From the NCBI GenBank assembly GCA_002811645.1, contig PDIP01000258.1, forward strand, positions 12,419-76,418: 64,000 nt of DNA, written 5' to 3'. The DNA comes from Corallochytrium limacisporum Hawaii. Lineage: Eukaryota > Protista > Pluriformea. Under the pieces are notes generated by a model. It made no database searches. It saw nothing but the letters and a program-made list of their open reading frames with translations, and had not been told where the DNA came from. Below, piece after piece: positions 42,701 to 52,835 of this stretch; position 1 is the stretch's first letter, and every line of letters begins with the position of its first letter. The position numbers and the translations under genes are program-made.

Positions 42701-44544
42701 ACCCGCCCCGCCCCACCGCTGTCGAGGACCGTCATTGGCAGTAGACTGAGAAGTTCAACCTGCGACACCACCTTTGGTACACATCTACTTCGACATTGTG
42801 CATTCTTGATATTGTTTTCATCATACATTGTTAATGCCAATGCATTCCGATGATGTTGAAACATCGAATTTGATGTGATCGATGAGCAGTGAGGACTCGT
42901 TTCCTGCCGGCTCGACGCGACCAAGTCGAGTCCTTTAGTTCGGATTCGCAACAAAAGTCCATATGGAACTCTAACCCCATTTGAATGATTCCACAAGGAA
43001 CACATCCAAAAAGTCTTCAGTGAGAAATTGACCCTTCGTCATTGTGTGACTTTCTTGGTGCGGGTGATCGACAGTTCGGTTGCAAACTGATTCCACGATC
43101 ATTGGTATATCTGCCTGCTTTCTAATTGGCATCGATAGTTTACATGACCCGGCATCACCAAAGGACACCGAGGTGACACTGACAATGGCGAGAATGAAGC
43201 TTTGTCATCGCAAGGGCTCAGTTCGATCGACAAACTTGAATGCCCGTGGTCGCTTTTGCAATTCGGAGCTGGGATAGAAAAGTCGCAATGGAAGACACTG
43301 GTTTTCTATGCCGAAGTGCCGCGCCGTGAAGAGTAATGAGAACATGTACACGAAAATGGAGCTTGGAGTAGCAGGGTGACGCATGTCAACGGTAGAACGG
43401 AATGTATATGACATCACTGCCCGGAAATGCGTTGAAGTCTACGAACATACATAGAGTTTACTATCTCTCTGCCGCAGCAGTCCAAAGTCACTAATTACCA
43501 CTGTACAGCAGAAAGCGCGTAAGTACGAGGCATATCTGGTTCTAGGCATATGGCCGATACGCCCGACACGAACGCGGGAGCACCCCTCTTCTACATACTT
43601 CTACTACTGTACACACTTTATGCCAAGCTTCGACAACATCATAAGGTGTGGGCGGTATAGGCTTCATTTGCGGTGGACGAGCGGTTCCCGAAGTGCATAC
43701 CGTGACAACACAGTTGGTAGTACCGTGGGCCATCAGTCCCGCCCGTAGATTTGAAGCATATCAAGCACCTGAGAGCGTCGCTAGGTGCCTTTCAATACTT
43801 GTGTTCAACCTCTCACACATTGATGTCCGCCGTGCGCTTTGTAAAAATACCGTGACATATGAACGATATGGGATACAAACCAACCTATTGCAAGAGATGC
43901 CAGAAGCTCATCAGGGACCCATGTCTTCAAGCTCAGTTTGAATCTTACAGATTTGATTCCACATATATTTTCCAGTATTTCGAAGCTTTGTGGATTCACG
44001 GCTCTGTTGCTCATCGATCTGCACTGATGATGAGTATTGAAGATGAGCTGGAATACGTAAGCCCCACCAGTTGTAGAATTGTCGGGGCGCTCGGTTCCAT
44101 CAGCCATTGTACTGCGGAAGGTGTCTCACCACCTTGGTCACACTACTGAGTGAGTGTGCCAAGGGGAACCCTCGCTTGAGGTAGTCACCGCGGTCCCGGA
44201 AACGCGTCTCACTACCACTACAGTCGGAACGTCGGCGGGGGGTCTCATGAGAGCGTGTGGCCAAACTCTTCTGGTTCTTTTTCATTAAAAGGAAAAAAGC
44301 ATAGTTGCGGTAGCTGCGCCAAGACCACACTCCAGGTAGGAAACATCACCAGCCAATGAAGAATTGCCTCGACCGACAAAGTCTGGGTGAGTAGTAAATC
44401 TTTCGGTTTGTAGTATGCGGTAAGGGACGCCTGCGGAACACTCTTCCTGCGTCATCAACTTCACAACCTACAAGTGGCTGTCCATTGGCCTATTTTGATT
44501 AGGCAATAATGCGGCACTGAATTAACAACAGAGTTAGAACCACG

Positions 44545-47100
44545 ATGAATGAAGAAAGTCAAGTCCTCCTCTGGTCTGGCTTCTACAAGAAGACCATGAC
44601 AGAGCGAAGGGCGCAGCTTCGGCTTGCATTCCCACAACTTGAGCATGATCGTGATTTCGGATTAACGGACCACGCAGCTGATAACATGGTCGAGAATTGT
44701 ATTGGTGTGGGTGGTGTGCCATTGGGACTGGGTCTCAACTTTATGATCAACGGGAAAAGCCATGTTGTGCCGATGATGGTGGAGGAGCCATCCGTAATTG
44801 CTGCCGCGTCCGGTGCGGCAAAGCTAGTTCAGAAGGTAGGTGGGTTCACGGCCACACATCGGAATAGAAATGTTATGATAGGCCAGATCTCACTCTGCAA
44901 TGTTGAGAATATTGAGAACGCCATCGATGGCCTCAAGACCGAGAAGGAACATATTATTACGGCCGCCAACGAGTTTTGCAAAAGCATGGTGCAACGGGGC
45001 GGCGGTGTGCTCGACATGAAAGTGGAAGTCAAGCAAACGCGCATGCACCAGAAGATAAAGCGCCAGAAGCTAACCAATGGGAATGGTCTGTATCACATTG
45101 GGGATGCGCGGTACAAGGACTGTGACAAGAAGTTTGTAGTGGTGTATATCTACGTGGATGTATGTGATGCTATGGGAGCCAATACTGTCAACAGAATCTT
45201 GGAGGGCGTAGCACCAATGGTGAGTTCGATAGCCAAGGCCGATGTGGTGGTGCGGATTCTGTCGAATCTATGCCCGGACCGCATGGCAAAATCCACTTTT
45301 TCCATTCCTGTGGATGCCATGGACTACAAAGGTATGGTCGGTGAGGATGTGGCCCAGAGGATCTTAGACGTGTTTCTATTTGCAGATGCTGATCCGTATC
45401 GTGCTGTTACACACAACAAAGGTATCATGAATGGCATTGACGCCGTGGCCCTAGCCTGCGGACAAGACTTTCGCGCAATTGAGGCTGGTGTGCACGCATA
45501 CGTGGTTGAGAAGAGCGGTTACTATGGGCCTCTCAGCAATTATTGGATCGAGGAGGATGAAGACGGGAAGCAATACTTCAAGGGCGAGCTTGAGCTACCT
45601 ATTGCAGTGGGCGTGCAAGGCGGTGCGATGAAGACGAACCCGCTCTACAAGTACAACCTGTCTCTCATGGGACATCCGGACAGCGGTGAATTGGCCATGA
45701 TCATGGTTTCGGTCGGCCTTGCTCAGAACTTTGCAGCGTTGAGAGCTTTGGCCACAGAGGGTATCCAGCGCGGACATATGTCTTTGCATGCCAAGAATAT
45801 TGCTGTGGCGGCTGGTGCACCCCAGCATGCTATTGAAGAGGTTACGCAGTTCATGATTGCCACGAGCCAGATCAACTATCAGACGGCCAAGGAATATTTG
45901 CGTGCCCATGCTCTACTCAAGAACCTCGCCACTCCTGCTCACGAGACGGCAGTCGGAAAGGCACCATCTTTGTTCTACTATGATGACACTGAGCCTGAGA
46001 GTGGTACTCGCTGCACGTTGCACATTGCCTTTCATACTCTGCGGGGCAAGCCCGCATTGATTGCTTTTGACGAAGACACCAACAATCTGCTGCACCTGAC
46101 CCTTTTCACGAAGAAAGGCCATAGCTGGTTGCGTGCCATTCGCAATTCACTGACGGCAGTAAAGATCCTGCCCAAGAAGTACGGGCGCCGTGTGAACACC
46201 GCGCTACAGCTACGTCTCAAGACCTTGAGCATCCTAATGAATGTGCTTGCCTACCGCTTGCTTATGCTGTACCCGGACATTACTAAGGCCTTTTTGAAGC
46301 AGGCGTTGGGTCAGAAGACCCGTCGTTCAGGCGAAGCTACGAACGCTTTACGCAAATCAGGCAACGGGAATGACAGCACTGCAGACGTTCCTGGGGATAC
46401 ATCACCATCCGATCACTACATGCTAGAGTTCCAGCACAACCTGGTATTCCAGAATGATGTCCTTGAGCTTCTAAACGACGAGTGTGCGGAGGAGGCAGCT
46501 CTGGGCCTCTCGTTGTTGTTGAGCATGTGGCAGGTGTTTTATTCTCAAGTTGATGAGTACGTGGGCTCCTCTACATTGAGCATGATACTCAAGGATGAGC
46601 AGGCCCGGATCCTGGCCTCTCTCGTACAGCAGCCACAGGGTAGTTTGCCTGTCGATACCCTAGAGGCATACATTGACATCCACAGTCGTCGATTCCAGGT
46701 CAGTGTGTTCCTGCTTGTGGATGCGGTCGCTTTGGATGAGGATTCCGAACTCCTTACTCCAGAAAAGATCAATCTGTTGCTGCGCATTGGCCGTTTGCTG
46801 GAGTGGGAGGGTAGTATGGTCCATGATATTGCTCGGTACGAGAGGGATGTGTCCATGGGTATGCCCAACGCATATGCCTTCTGGCTTGACAAGGAAGGCA
46901 AAACCCACAGCCCGGAGTCCGTAGCAGGGTTCAACCACACTGTCATGAGCATGGTCGCGCGGGACCGTGTGGGCATGGCTAAGGAGAACGATCTCTCTTT
47001 CTTTGACCAGGAGAGTTTTGATCGTAGTCTGAATGTCATGCGTGAGTACTATAATCTCCCGCAACTGATCAGTAGCACCCAATTGCTGAACAAGCAATAG
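44545..47100 (+). CDS. HMGR: Class II HMG-CoA reductase fused to a ~400-aa C-terminal helical domain, 851 aa
   Basis: SGFYKK, ENCIG, EEPSVIAAAS, DAMGAN, THNKGIMNGIDA, GQDFRAIEAG, GLAQNFAALRAL..GIQRGHMSLHA; class II domain ends near aa 455. Confidence 0.93.
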   Translation: MNEESQVLLWSGFYKKTMTERRAQLRLAFPQLEHDRDFGLTDHAADNMVENCIGVGGVPLGLGLNFMINGKSHVVPMMVEEPSVIAAASGAAKLVQKVGGFTATHRNRNVMIGQISLCNVENIENAIDGLKTEKEHIITAANEFCKSMVQRGGGVLDMKVEVKQTRMHQKIKRQKLTNGNGLYHIGDARYKDCDKKFVVVYIYVDVCDAMGANTVNRILEGVAPMVSSIAKADVVVRILSNLCPDRMAKSTFSIPVDAMDYKGMVGEDVAQRILDVFLFADADPYRAVTHNKGIMNGIDAVALACGQDFRAIEAGVHAYVVEKSGYYGPLSNYWIEEDEDGKQYFKGELELPIAVGVQGGAMKTNPLYKYNLSLMGHPDSGELAMIMVSVGLAQNFAALRALATEGIQRGHMSLHAKNIAVAAGAPQHAIEEVTQFMIATSQINYQTAKEYLRAHALLKNLATPAHETAVGKAPSLFYYDDTEPESGTRCTLHIAFHTLRGKPALIAFDEDTNNLLHLTLFTKKGHSWLRAIRNSLTAVKILPKKYGRRVNTALQLRLKTLSILMNVLAYRLLMLYPDITKAFLKQALGQKTRRSGEATNALRKSGNGNDSTADVPGDTSPSDHYMLEFQHNLVFQNDVLELLNDECAEEAALGLSLLLSMWQVFYSQVDEYVGSSTLSMILKDEQARILASLVQQPQGSLPVDTLEAYIDIHSRRFQVSVFLLVDAVALDEDSELLTPEKINLLLRIGRLLEWEGSMVHDIARYERDVSMGMPNAYAFWLDKEGKTHSPESVAGFNHTVMSMVARDRVGMAKENDLSFFDQESFDRSLNVMREYYNLPQLISSTQLLNKQ

Positions 47101-47209
47101 AACACACCAAATGTACCATAGTCATCGTTTGGATGAATTAAAACCATAGAACAGATCGTTAAAGAAGCCACTACCATTTAGTTCTCCAATTGTTCTCATG
47201 CGAACCAAT

Positions 47210-48283
47210 TCACTGCTTCTCACTGCTCTCAATAATGGCATCTCGTAGATCGGCAGCAATGTTTTCGCCATGGCCCGAGCTGATTGCAAACGCCTCAATA
47301 GGCACCGTGCTGGCTTCATACTTGCTGAACCTCACCTTGGTAGGTGCGTCAACGTAGCGGAATATAGGCTTTGCATTCCGATCCTTCGCGTGGGACCTGA
47401 TTTCCTCATAAGAGAACAGCAGACCGTCGGTCACGTCTGGATCGAATGGATTGATATCAACCAAGAGCGCTCTGTGAAGCGGGTGGTGTGGCTGTGACTG
47501 AAAATAAATGTCAAAGACCAAGTCAGGTTTGGTACTTGATGTCCAGGCGCCACATTCCTTGAGAAGATTTCCTTCAATGAATTCTATGACTGCATCCTGC
47601 ACCTGACCATCTAGCTCAACCATATGCTCAAAGAATGTGTCGCACGCCCGCTGGCATATCCCTACTACCCGTCCATTGACTACGAAAACTCGAAACTCAT
47701 TCGCTGGTGCGATATTTTCCCACTGTCGAAGACAAAGCGTGAACTCATGACCAGCTCCGTCTTTCTGCTCCTCTTCTAGCCCTTCAAGCATGTACGTTAG
47801 GTCGTGCATTATGTTGTCTGATGCCTTTAACAGCAAGAGAACCTCTCCTGCTGCTGTACATTTCAGACCCTCTGGTTTCATCCAGCTCGCATCCATCGGT
47901 GCACTCCAATCTAATTTCGGAAAGACTGTCCCGCCCAAAATTTCGATTTCACTCGTAATCCTATCCCCAAAGGCCACGACACTCTCTTCGTTCACAATGA
48001 CTGGTGGTGAATCCGCCGATGAGTCAGAATCAGAAGCATTGTCGTCATCGCGAGAGCCCGCTCCTGCATGCTCGTCATCGTCCGACCATTCCGAACCATC
48101 GTCAGAGACATTTCCTGCGTGTTCATATGCAATATGTTTGGATAATTTAGGTGGCAGCACAATTCCATCCGACAGAATGAACTCAACTACATCGCGCGGC
48201 AGCTTCAAGAACCGAGTTGGGATGGTGTGCTTCTGCAGGTGCGGATACCACCTTGCTAATGAACACACTAGTCGGTCCTCCAT
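47210..48283 (-). CDS. CDC123: Cdc123/D123 ATP-grasp protein (eIF2 assembly), 357 aa
   Basis: LGGTVFPKLDWSAPMDASW, LLLKASDNIMHDL, LCLRQW, EFRVFV, GICQR, LVDINPF..TDGLLF. Confidence 0.93.
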   Translation of the reverse strand: MEDRLVCSLARWYPHLQKHTIPTRFLKLPRDVVEFILSDGIVLPPKLSKHIAYEHAGNVSDDGSEWSDDDEHAGAGSRDDDNASDSDSSADSPPVIVNEESVVAFGDRITSEIEILGGTVFPKLDWSAPMDASWMKPEGLKCTAAGEVLLLLKASDNIMHDLTYMLEGLEEEQKDGAGHEFTLCLRQWENIAPANEFRVFVVNGRVVGICQRACDTFFEHMVELDGQVQDAVIEFIEGNLLKECGAWTSSTKPDLVFDIYFQSQPHHPLHRALLVDINPFDPDVTDGLLFSYEEIRSHAKDRNAKPIFRYVDAPTKVRFSKYEASTVPIEAFAISSGHGENIAADLRDAIIESSEKQ

Positions 48284-50629
48284 GAGTGTTTCTGTGTCAA
48301 GGGAATGTTAACAGAATAAAGACCTTGATACCACAAACCCCAGACCTTGTAAGGACGTGTGTCCCAAAGTACCCCGACCCAAACGTTTCGTGCTGACCAC
48401 ATTTTTTAGCAATCTTCCAAAAAAAAAAGCCAGGGGAGGAGGAGGGGTGGGGCGGGTTTGCGGGTGATGGGGGCCTATTTTCAAAGACGCTCCCACCACC
48501 CGCTCCATCCGTCCACCGAAAAAGCCAATAGGGTCCGATTCAACCAATCACAAAGCGTTTTCATATCCTGTGCTGTGATTGGTCAAAATATGAAAGGAAG
48601 AACGGACAGCGCCCTTAGCGTTCCGAGTTATGCATTACACCATGGATTCCATACTTAACATATGGATTTTTTCTGGAGGCCAATGTCCCTGCCGTGGGCG
48701 CTGTGGGTGTCGAGACCTAAACTCTCTACGAATTTATCTCGTGTGCACACGATTTATATTCTCGCAATATCAAACCGACATACAAAGTTCATACTGGACT
48801 GGAAGATTTGTTAGCCACCGAGGTATCGCTCCGATTCCTCGACCGCGCCATTCACTGCGGCAGCGGAGCCTCTAATTTGTTCAAACTGGGAAGGGACCAG
48901 GGCACCTTTATAACAGAATAGCTCAGCAAAATGTATTAAAAACAGGGAGGGAGGGCGCGATAGAGACTGCCAGAAACCAGCGTGTAAACCAGTTTCGACT
49001 CCTTGTCTGGGACTCTAACAGAAATCACCTGGCAGCAAAGTGGAGGGGGGGGGGGATAGCTATTACCAATCGAACAAATAAACAGAGTTGGTATGGCTGT
49101 GCAGGCTGTTTGCTTGCTTTCCTGCTCCTGCGGCCATTGTGCGGTGATCCCGGCTGGTGGTTAGGTGGCGACAGTAGAGCATGGTGGCAGCACCATTCCC
49201 AGTCCCCGTTCGACGTACACAAGAAAAAAAAAAAGTACCCCTCCGCGCCCCTCCCACAGCAACGCGCCCTGTCTAAATTGAAAATCGTCCTTTAACTACT
49301 GAAAATGTACCTGACAAATTTGAAGAATAGTGGCTGCATGGATCCCGAGTGCTCGTATGTGTGGGCCAATTTTTTTTCGGCTGTGTACTGAGCCGTGACA
49401 CCATGAGACCCCAGACAATGCTCACATCCACCCACGGTCCTTTGTTTTTGGCGCCACTGTTTTTAATAATAAACATACTGAGTGTTTCAGCATGCTGATC
49501 GTGTAGTCAGAGAGACGGACTCTTAGAACTGCTCCGCAGGCAACCGCACCTGAAATGCTCCGTGATTTGCGGGTGATTTCAGGTCGCAACTCTGGTGGCA
49601 CTTTTCCGTCGGTTTAAGTTTTTTTCTCCATTGTCTGTATATTGAATCTCTTATCGCTAAATGGATGGCATGGTTTGTGTTTCTCTCGCGGCACCAACCC
49701 CGAGGCGCCGTGCCCTGCCCAGAGCGGACCCACTTACTTCTCTCTCGACGCTTCACGAACAAAGAAGCTACCAAAAGCGACCGATCACTGAAAACGTGTA
49801 CAGCAGAATATATAGGACACGACCCCCCACACCCACACACTCACGCCCATACTACCTTCTCAGAAATGAAAAGACGAAACTTGCAACGCTCTCACTGTCG
49901 CGTCTCTCGACCCGTCTCTTCTCGCGCGCTCAATCGCTACTTTCGTTTCTGTTCATTCCCGATAAATTTCACCCAATATATTGAGTATGCAGTACTCGGC
50001 ATTTTGCGAGGAAAAAGTTGACAGCGGAGACACGCTCGCGACATCCCTCGAGACTTTTTCACAGCACGCCACGGCGCAAGAAAACAGTACCGGGCTCATG
50101 GTAGAACTACATTGGCCAGAATAAAGGCAGACAACTGGTGGAGAAGGAGAAAAAAAAAACAAAGTGCTGTGGCGGGGTCGACAATGCCCCCCTATGAGTG
50201 TGCCCTTGCTGTCGTGCCCGGTGTGTTGGGATGGCTGTTGACCCTTTGCTGTGTGTTTACTGTGTCAGTGTTTTGTCGTGATAGCGAGGCGGCACTTTCG
50301 CATGGTACTGCTGTATGTGCTCTGCCTCAACGTTTGCTTGTGCTTTGTACATACCAAAGCTTGCCGTACGAAGGAGATATGGGACTGGTGGACCTAGTTG
50401 AAAATTGGTGCAGACCTACTTAAATCAACGACGGTGTCGTAGGAATAGAAGACATATCGTGTCAGAAGAAAATAGCCACAGCGACAACCAAAGAGTGTTG
50501 TGCACATCAGGCTTTGCGTGCAGAGCCAATTGAAATAGACGGACGGAGGTTTGTTTATGGACCATTAAGCATAGGGATCACATTGTGTGGTTATTTCCAA
50601 AGACACATAAGGCTTAAATTTTCGAAAAC

Positions 50630-51208
50630 ATGCAGACCATCAAGTGCGTTGTCGTCGGCGATGGTGCTGTCGGTAAGACTTCACTGCTGATTTGCTATAC
50701 AACGAACAAGTTCCCAACGGAATACGTCCCCACAGTGTTTGATAACTATGCTGTGACGGTCATGATCCGTGACGAGCCCTACACATTAGGTTTGTTTGAT
50801 ACTGCTGGTCAGGAAGACTACGACAGGTTGCGTCCCCTGTCCTACCCTCAGACCGATGTGTTCCTGGTCTGTTTCAGCGTGGTCGACCCCAGCTCTTTTG
50901 AGAACGTGAAGGAGAAGTGGGTGCCCGAGATCCGCCATAACTGCCCCCACACACCTTTCCTTCTGATCGGTACCAAGTCAGACTTGAGGGACAACGATGC
51001 CACACTGGCCAAGCTGGCAAAGAGCAACAGAAAGACCCCAATCACTCGCGCAGAAGCAGAGAAGCTGTGTAAGGAACTGAAGGCCATCAAGTATGTTGAG
51101 TGCTCTGCCGCAAAATTAGAGGGAGTTAAGGATGTCTTCGATGAAGCTATTGTGGCCGCACTGGAGCCTCCAGCAACTAAGGCAAAGAAGAACTGTCTGA
51201 TCCTGTAG
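50630..51208 (+). CDS. CDC42: Rho-family GTPase Cdc42, 192 aa
   Basis: [80 protein letters not shown], CaaX CLIL. Confidence 0.95.
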   Translation: MQTIKCVVVGDGAVGKTSLLICYTTNKFPTEYVPTVFDNYAVTVMIRDEPYTLGLFDTAGQEDYDRLRPLSYPQTDVFLVCFSVVDPSSFENVKEKWVPEIRHNCPHTPFLLIGTKSDLRDNDATLAKLAKSNRKTPITRAEAEKLCKELKAIKYVECSAAKLEGVKDVFDEAIVAALEPPATKAKKNCLIL

Positions 51209-51820
51209 ATCCGTTTCCAAGGGCCGGACTGGTATCACAAGTGCACAAGGGAGCGAACGTGGTCCATTCGTACAAAGCACCAAGCGGTGATGTAGCATAT
51301 CTTCAGACGTACGTCTCAAAACGTCCAATTCTCAGTTGTTAATAATGAATTTGCTGGACACGTGGATATGACCCCTAGCCATTCTGCGTGTATGTGCTTG
51401 TTTGCTTTTCAATTATTTACGACAGAGAATGAAGGCAAGGGATGTTTGTCGGAATTATATGCCTGCAAGTATGCACGATATGGATACACGAACAAGGACC
51501 AGGCGGAGTGCCGAGTGGCCAGGAACACGGGGTTTGGTTTGAAATCGAAACCGATCAGCATGCTTAACGGCAGTGAGGAAGAAGGAGGGACCTTTTTAGA
51601 GGCTGCCGAAGTGTGTAAGTCCATTCATCAGAGCATCTTCTGCACATTGGCAAGGGATGCTCACTGCTTGCACCAGAAGAACCAAAATGTGAAGACTTTC
51701 AAATGCAAAATTACACCTTTCACTCATCTCATGCATCCTATTGCTATGTTCCTAAATACTATGGAATGCTGCTGTACTTGTTTCTTGAATATTTTAAGGT
51801 TGTACTTACCACTGAGACAG

Positions 51821-52378
51821 TCATGACAGACTTTGATTCTCTGCATAGGTCAACAATCGTTTCAATGCTTGCAGGTACTTCCGTTTCGTCTCATCGGTTA
51901 ACGCGTTTGAAGGCTGGCTCAACTTCTCTTTGCTACGGTACCTCGTATGGATACCAACATTGGAGACACCGAGTGGCCATGGCTCTTTGCCAATTGCCAG
52001 AGCCAGATACTCATCGTAAGCCTGGGTATAAGCCCCATCGTTCACATTTTTAACAAACTTCAGCAGTCCCCTTCGAAGGCCCTTGTCTATAGTTCTGAGT
52101 TTCAAGCTCCTGATCAGTGGTTGGATCCAGATCTTCATCTGTTTGGTCCGACTAATGTTCTCAATTTTTTCCGCTTCCAAATGCGCTCTTTTCATCATAT
52201 CCTCGGCGTACTGATAGAACAAATATTTTACCGTTTTCGCAATGTACAGGCACTGTACAGCGGGAGGAGACTGATCTGACACTGTTGCGGACAAGTCCGA
52301 CAGCCCGGCACGCGGATACTTCTTCAGACCAGCGTGTACTCTATTATAGTATCGACTTATATTTGATTTCTGGGACAT
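51821..52378 (-). CDS. PRPF18: Compact pre-mRNA splicing factor Prp18, 185 aa
   Basis: YLALAIGKEPWPLGVSNVGIHTR..EKL, DETKRKYLQALKRLLTYAE; lacks the N-terminal Prp4-like segment. Confidence 0.85.
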   Translation of the reverse strand: MSQKSNISRYYNRVHAGLKKYPRAGLSDLSATVSDQSPPAVQCLYIAKTVKYLFYQYAEDMMKRAHLEAEKIENISRTKQMKIWIQPLIRSLKLRTIDKGLRRGLLKFVKNVNDGAYTQAYDEYLALAIGKEPWPLGVSNVGIHTRYRSKEKLSQPSNALTDETKRKYLQALKRLLTYAENQSLS

Positions 52379-52517
52379 CGTTCCGCGATATAATTGTCAT
52401 TAATATTGATCCCAGTCGCACACATTCGCTGAATAAATGGATTGTAAATGAATTTGATCGCATACCTGACAAGTACCAGAGTGCATTCTCCAATTTTGCG
52501 CGCCGTGCGAGTGGGTG

Positions 52518-52544
52518 CCCCCCCCCCGGGGGGCGGGGCGGGCC
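52518..52544. promoter_or_regulatory. C10G6 tract plus GC boxes in the PRP18/RNMT bidirectional promoter
   Basis: C10 G6 CGGGGCGGGCC between divergent starts 52378 and 52836. Confidence 0.5.
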
Positions 52545-52835
52545 TGTTCCCTCGCCGACTCTCGCCGTCCCCTAGTTTGGGTCGCTTGGCCAATTCCTTA
52601 AGATACGAAGTACAGAACGTGCGCTCAGATATACTATTGCTATCTTTGTAAAGGACGTCCTCGTGGTAAGCGGTACAATTCATTCCTTGTCTAGAGGAGC
52701 TATTGAAGACCACTATCGAGTCCCATCATACGAAGTTTTGCAATCGTGGGCCAATACACCCATATGCAGAATAACATACCTTTCCTGTAGATCCGTATCT
52801 TTCACAGTCCGGCCTGGTTAACGTGCAATGGTACT

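Noticed and set aside
42700-44330. Short overlapping ORFs upstream of HMGR, possibly a decayed gene or transposon
   Set aside because: No transposase, RT or other motif and no consistent spliced model
29746-47100. Isoprenoid gene cluster (PLPP6 plus HMGR)
   Set aside because: 14 kb apart with unrelated genes between; no evidence of co-regulation
51362-51826. 154-aa ORF and apparent GTAAGT..GCTCAC..CAG intron (51615-51676) downstream of CDC42
   Set aside because: Splicing creates a stop at the junction in the long frame; no family recognised
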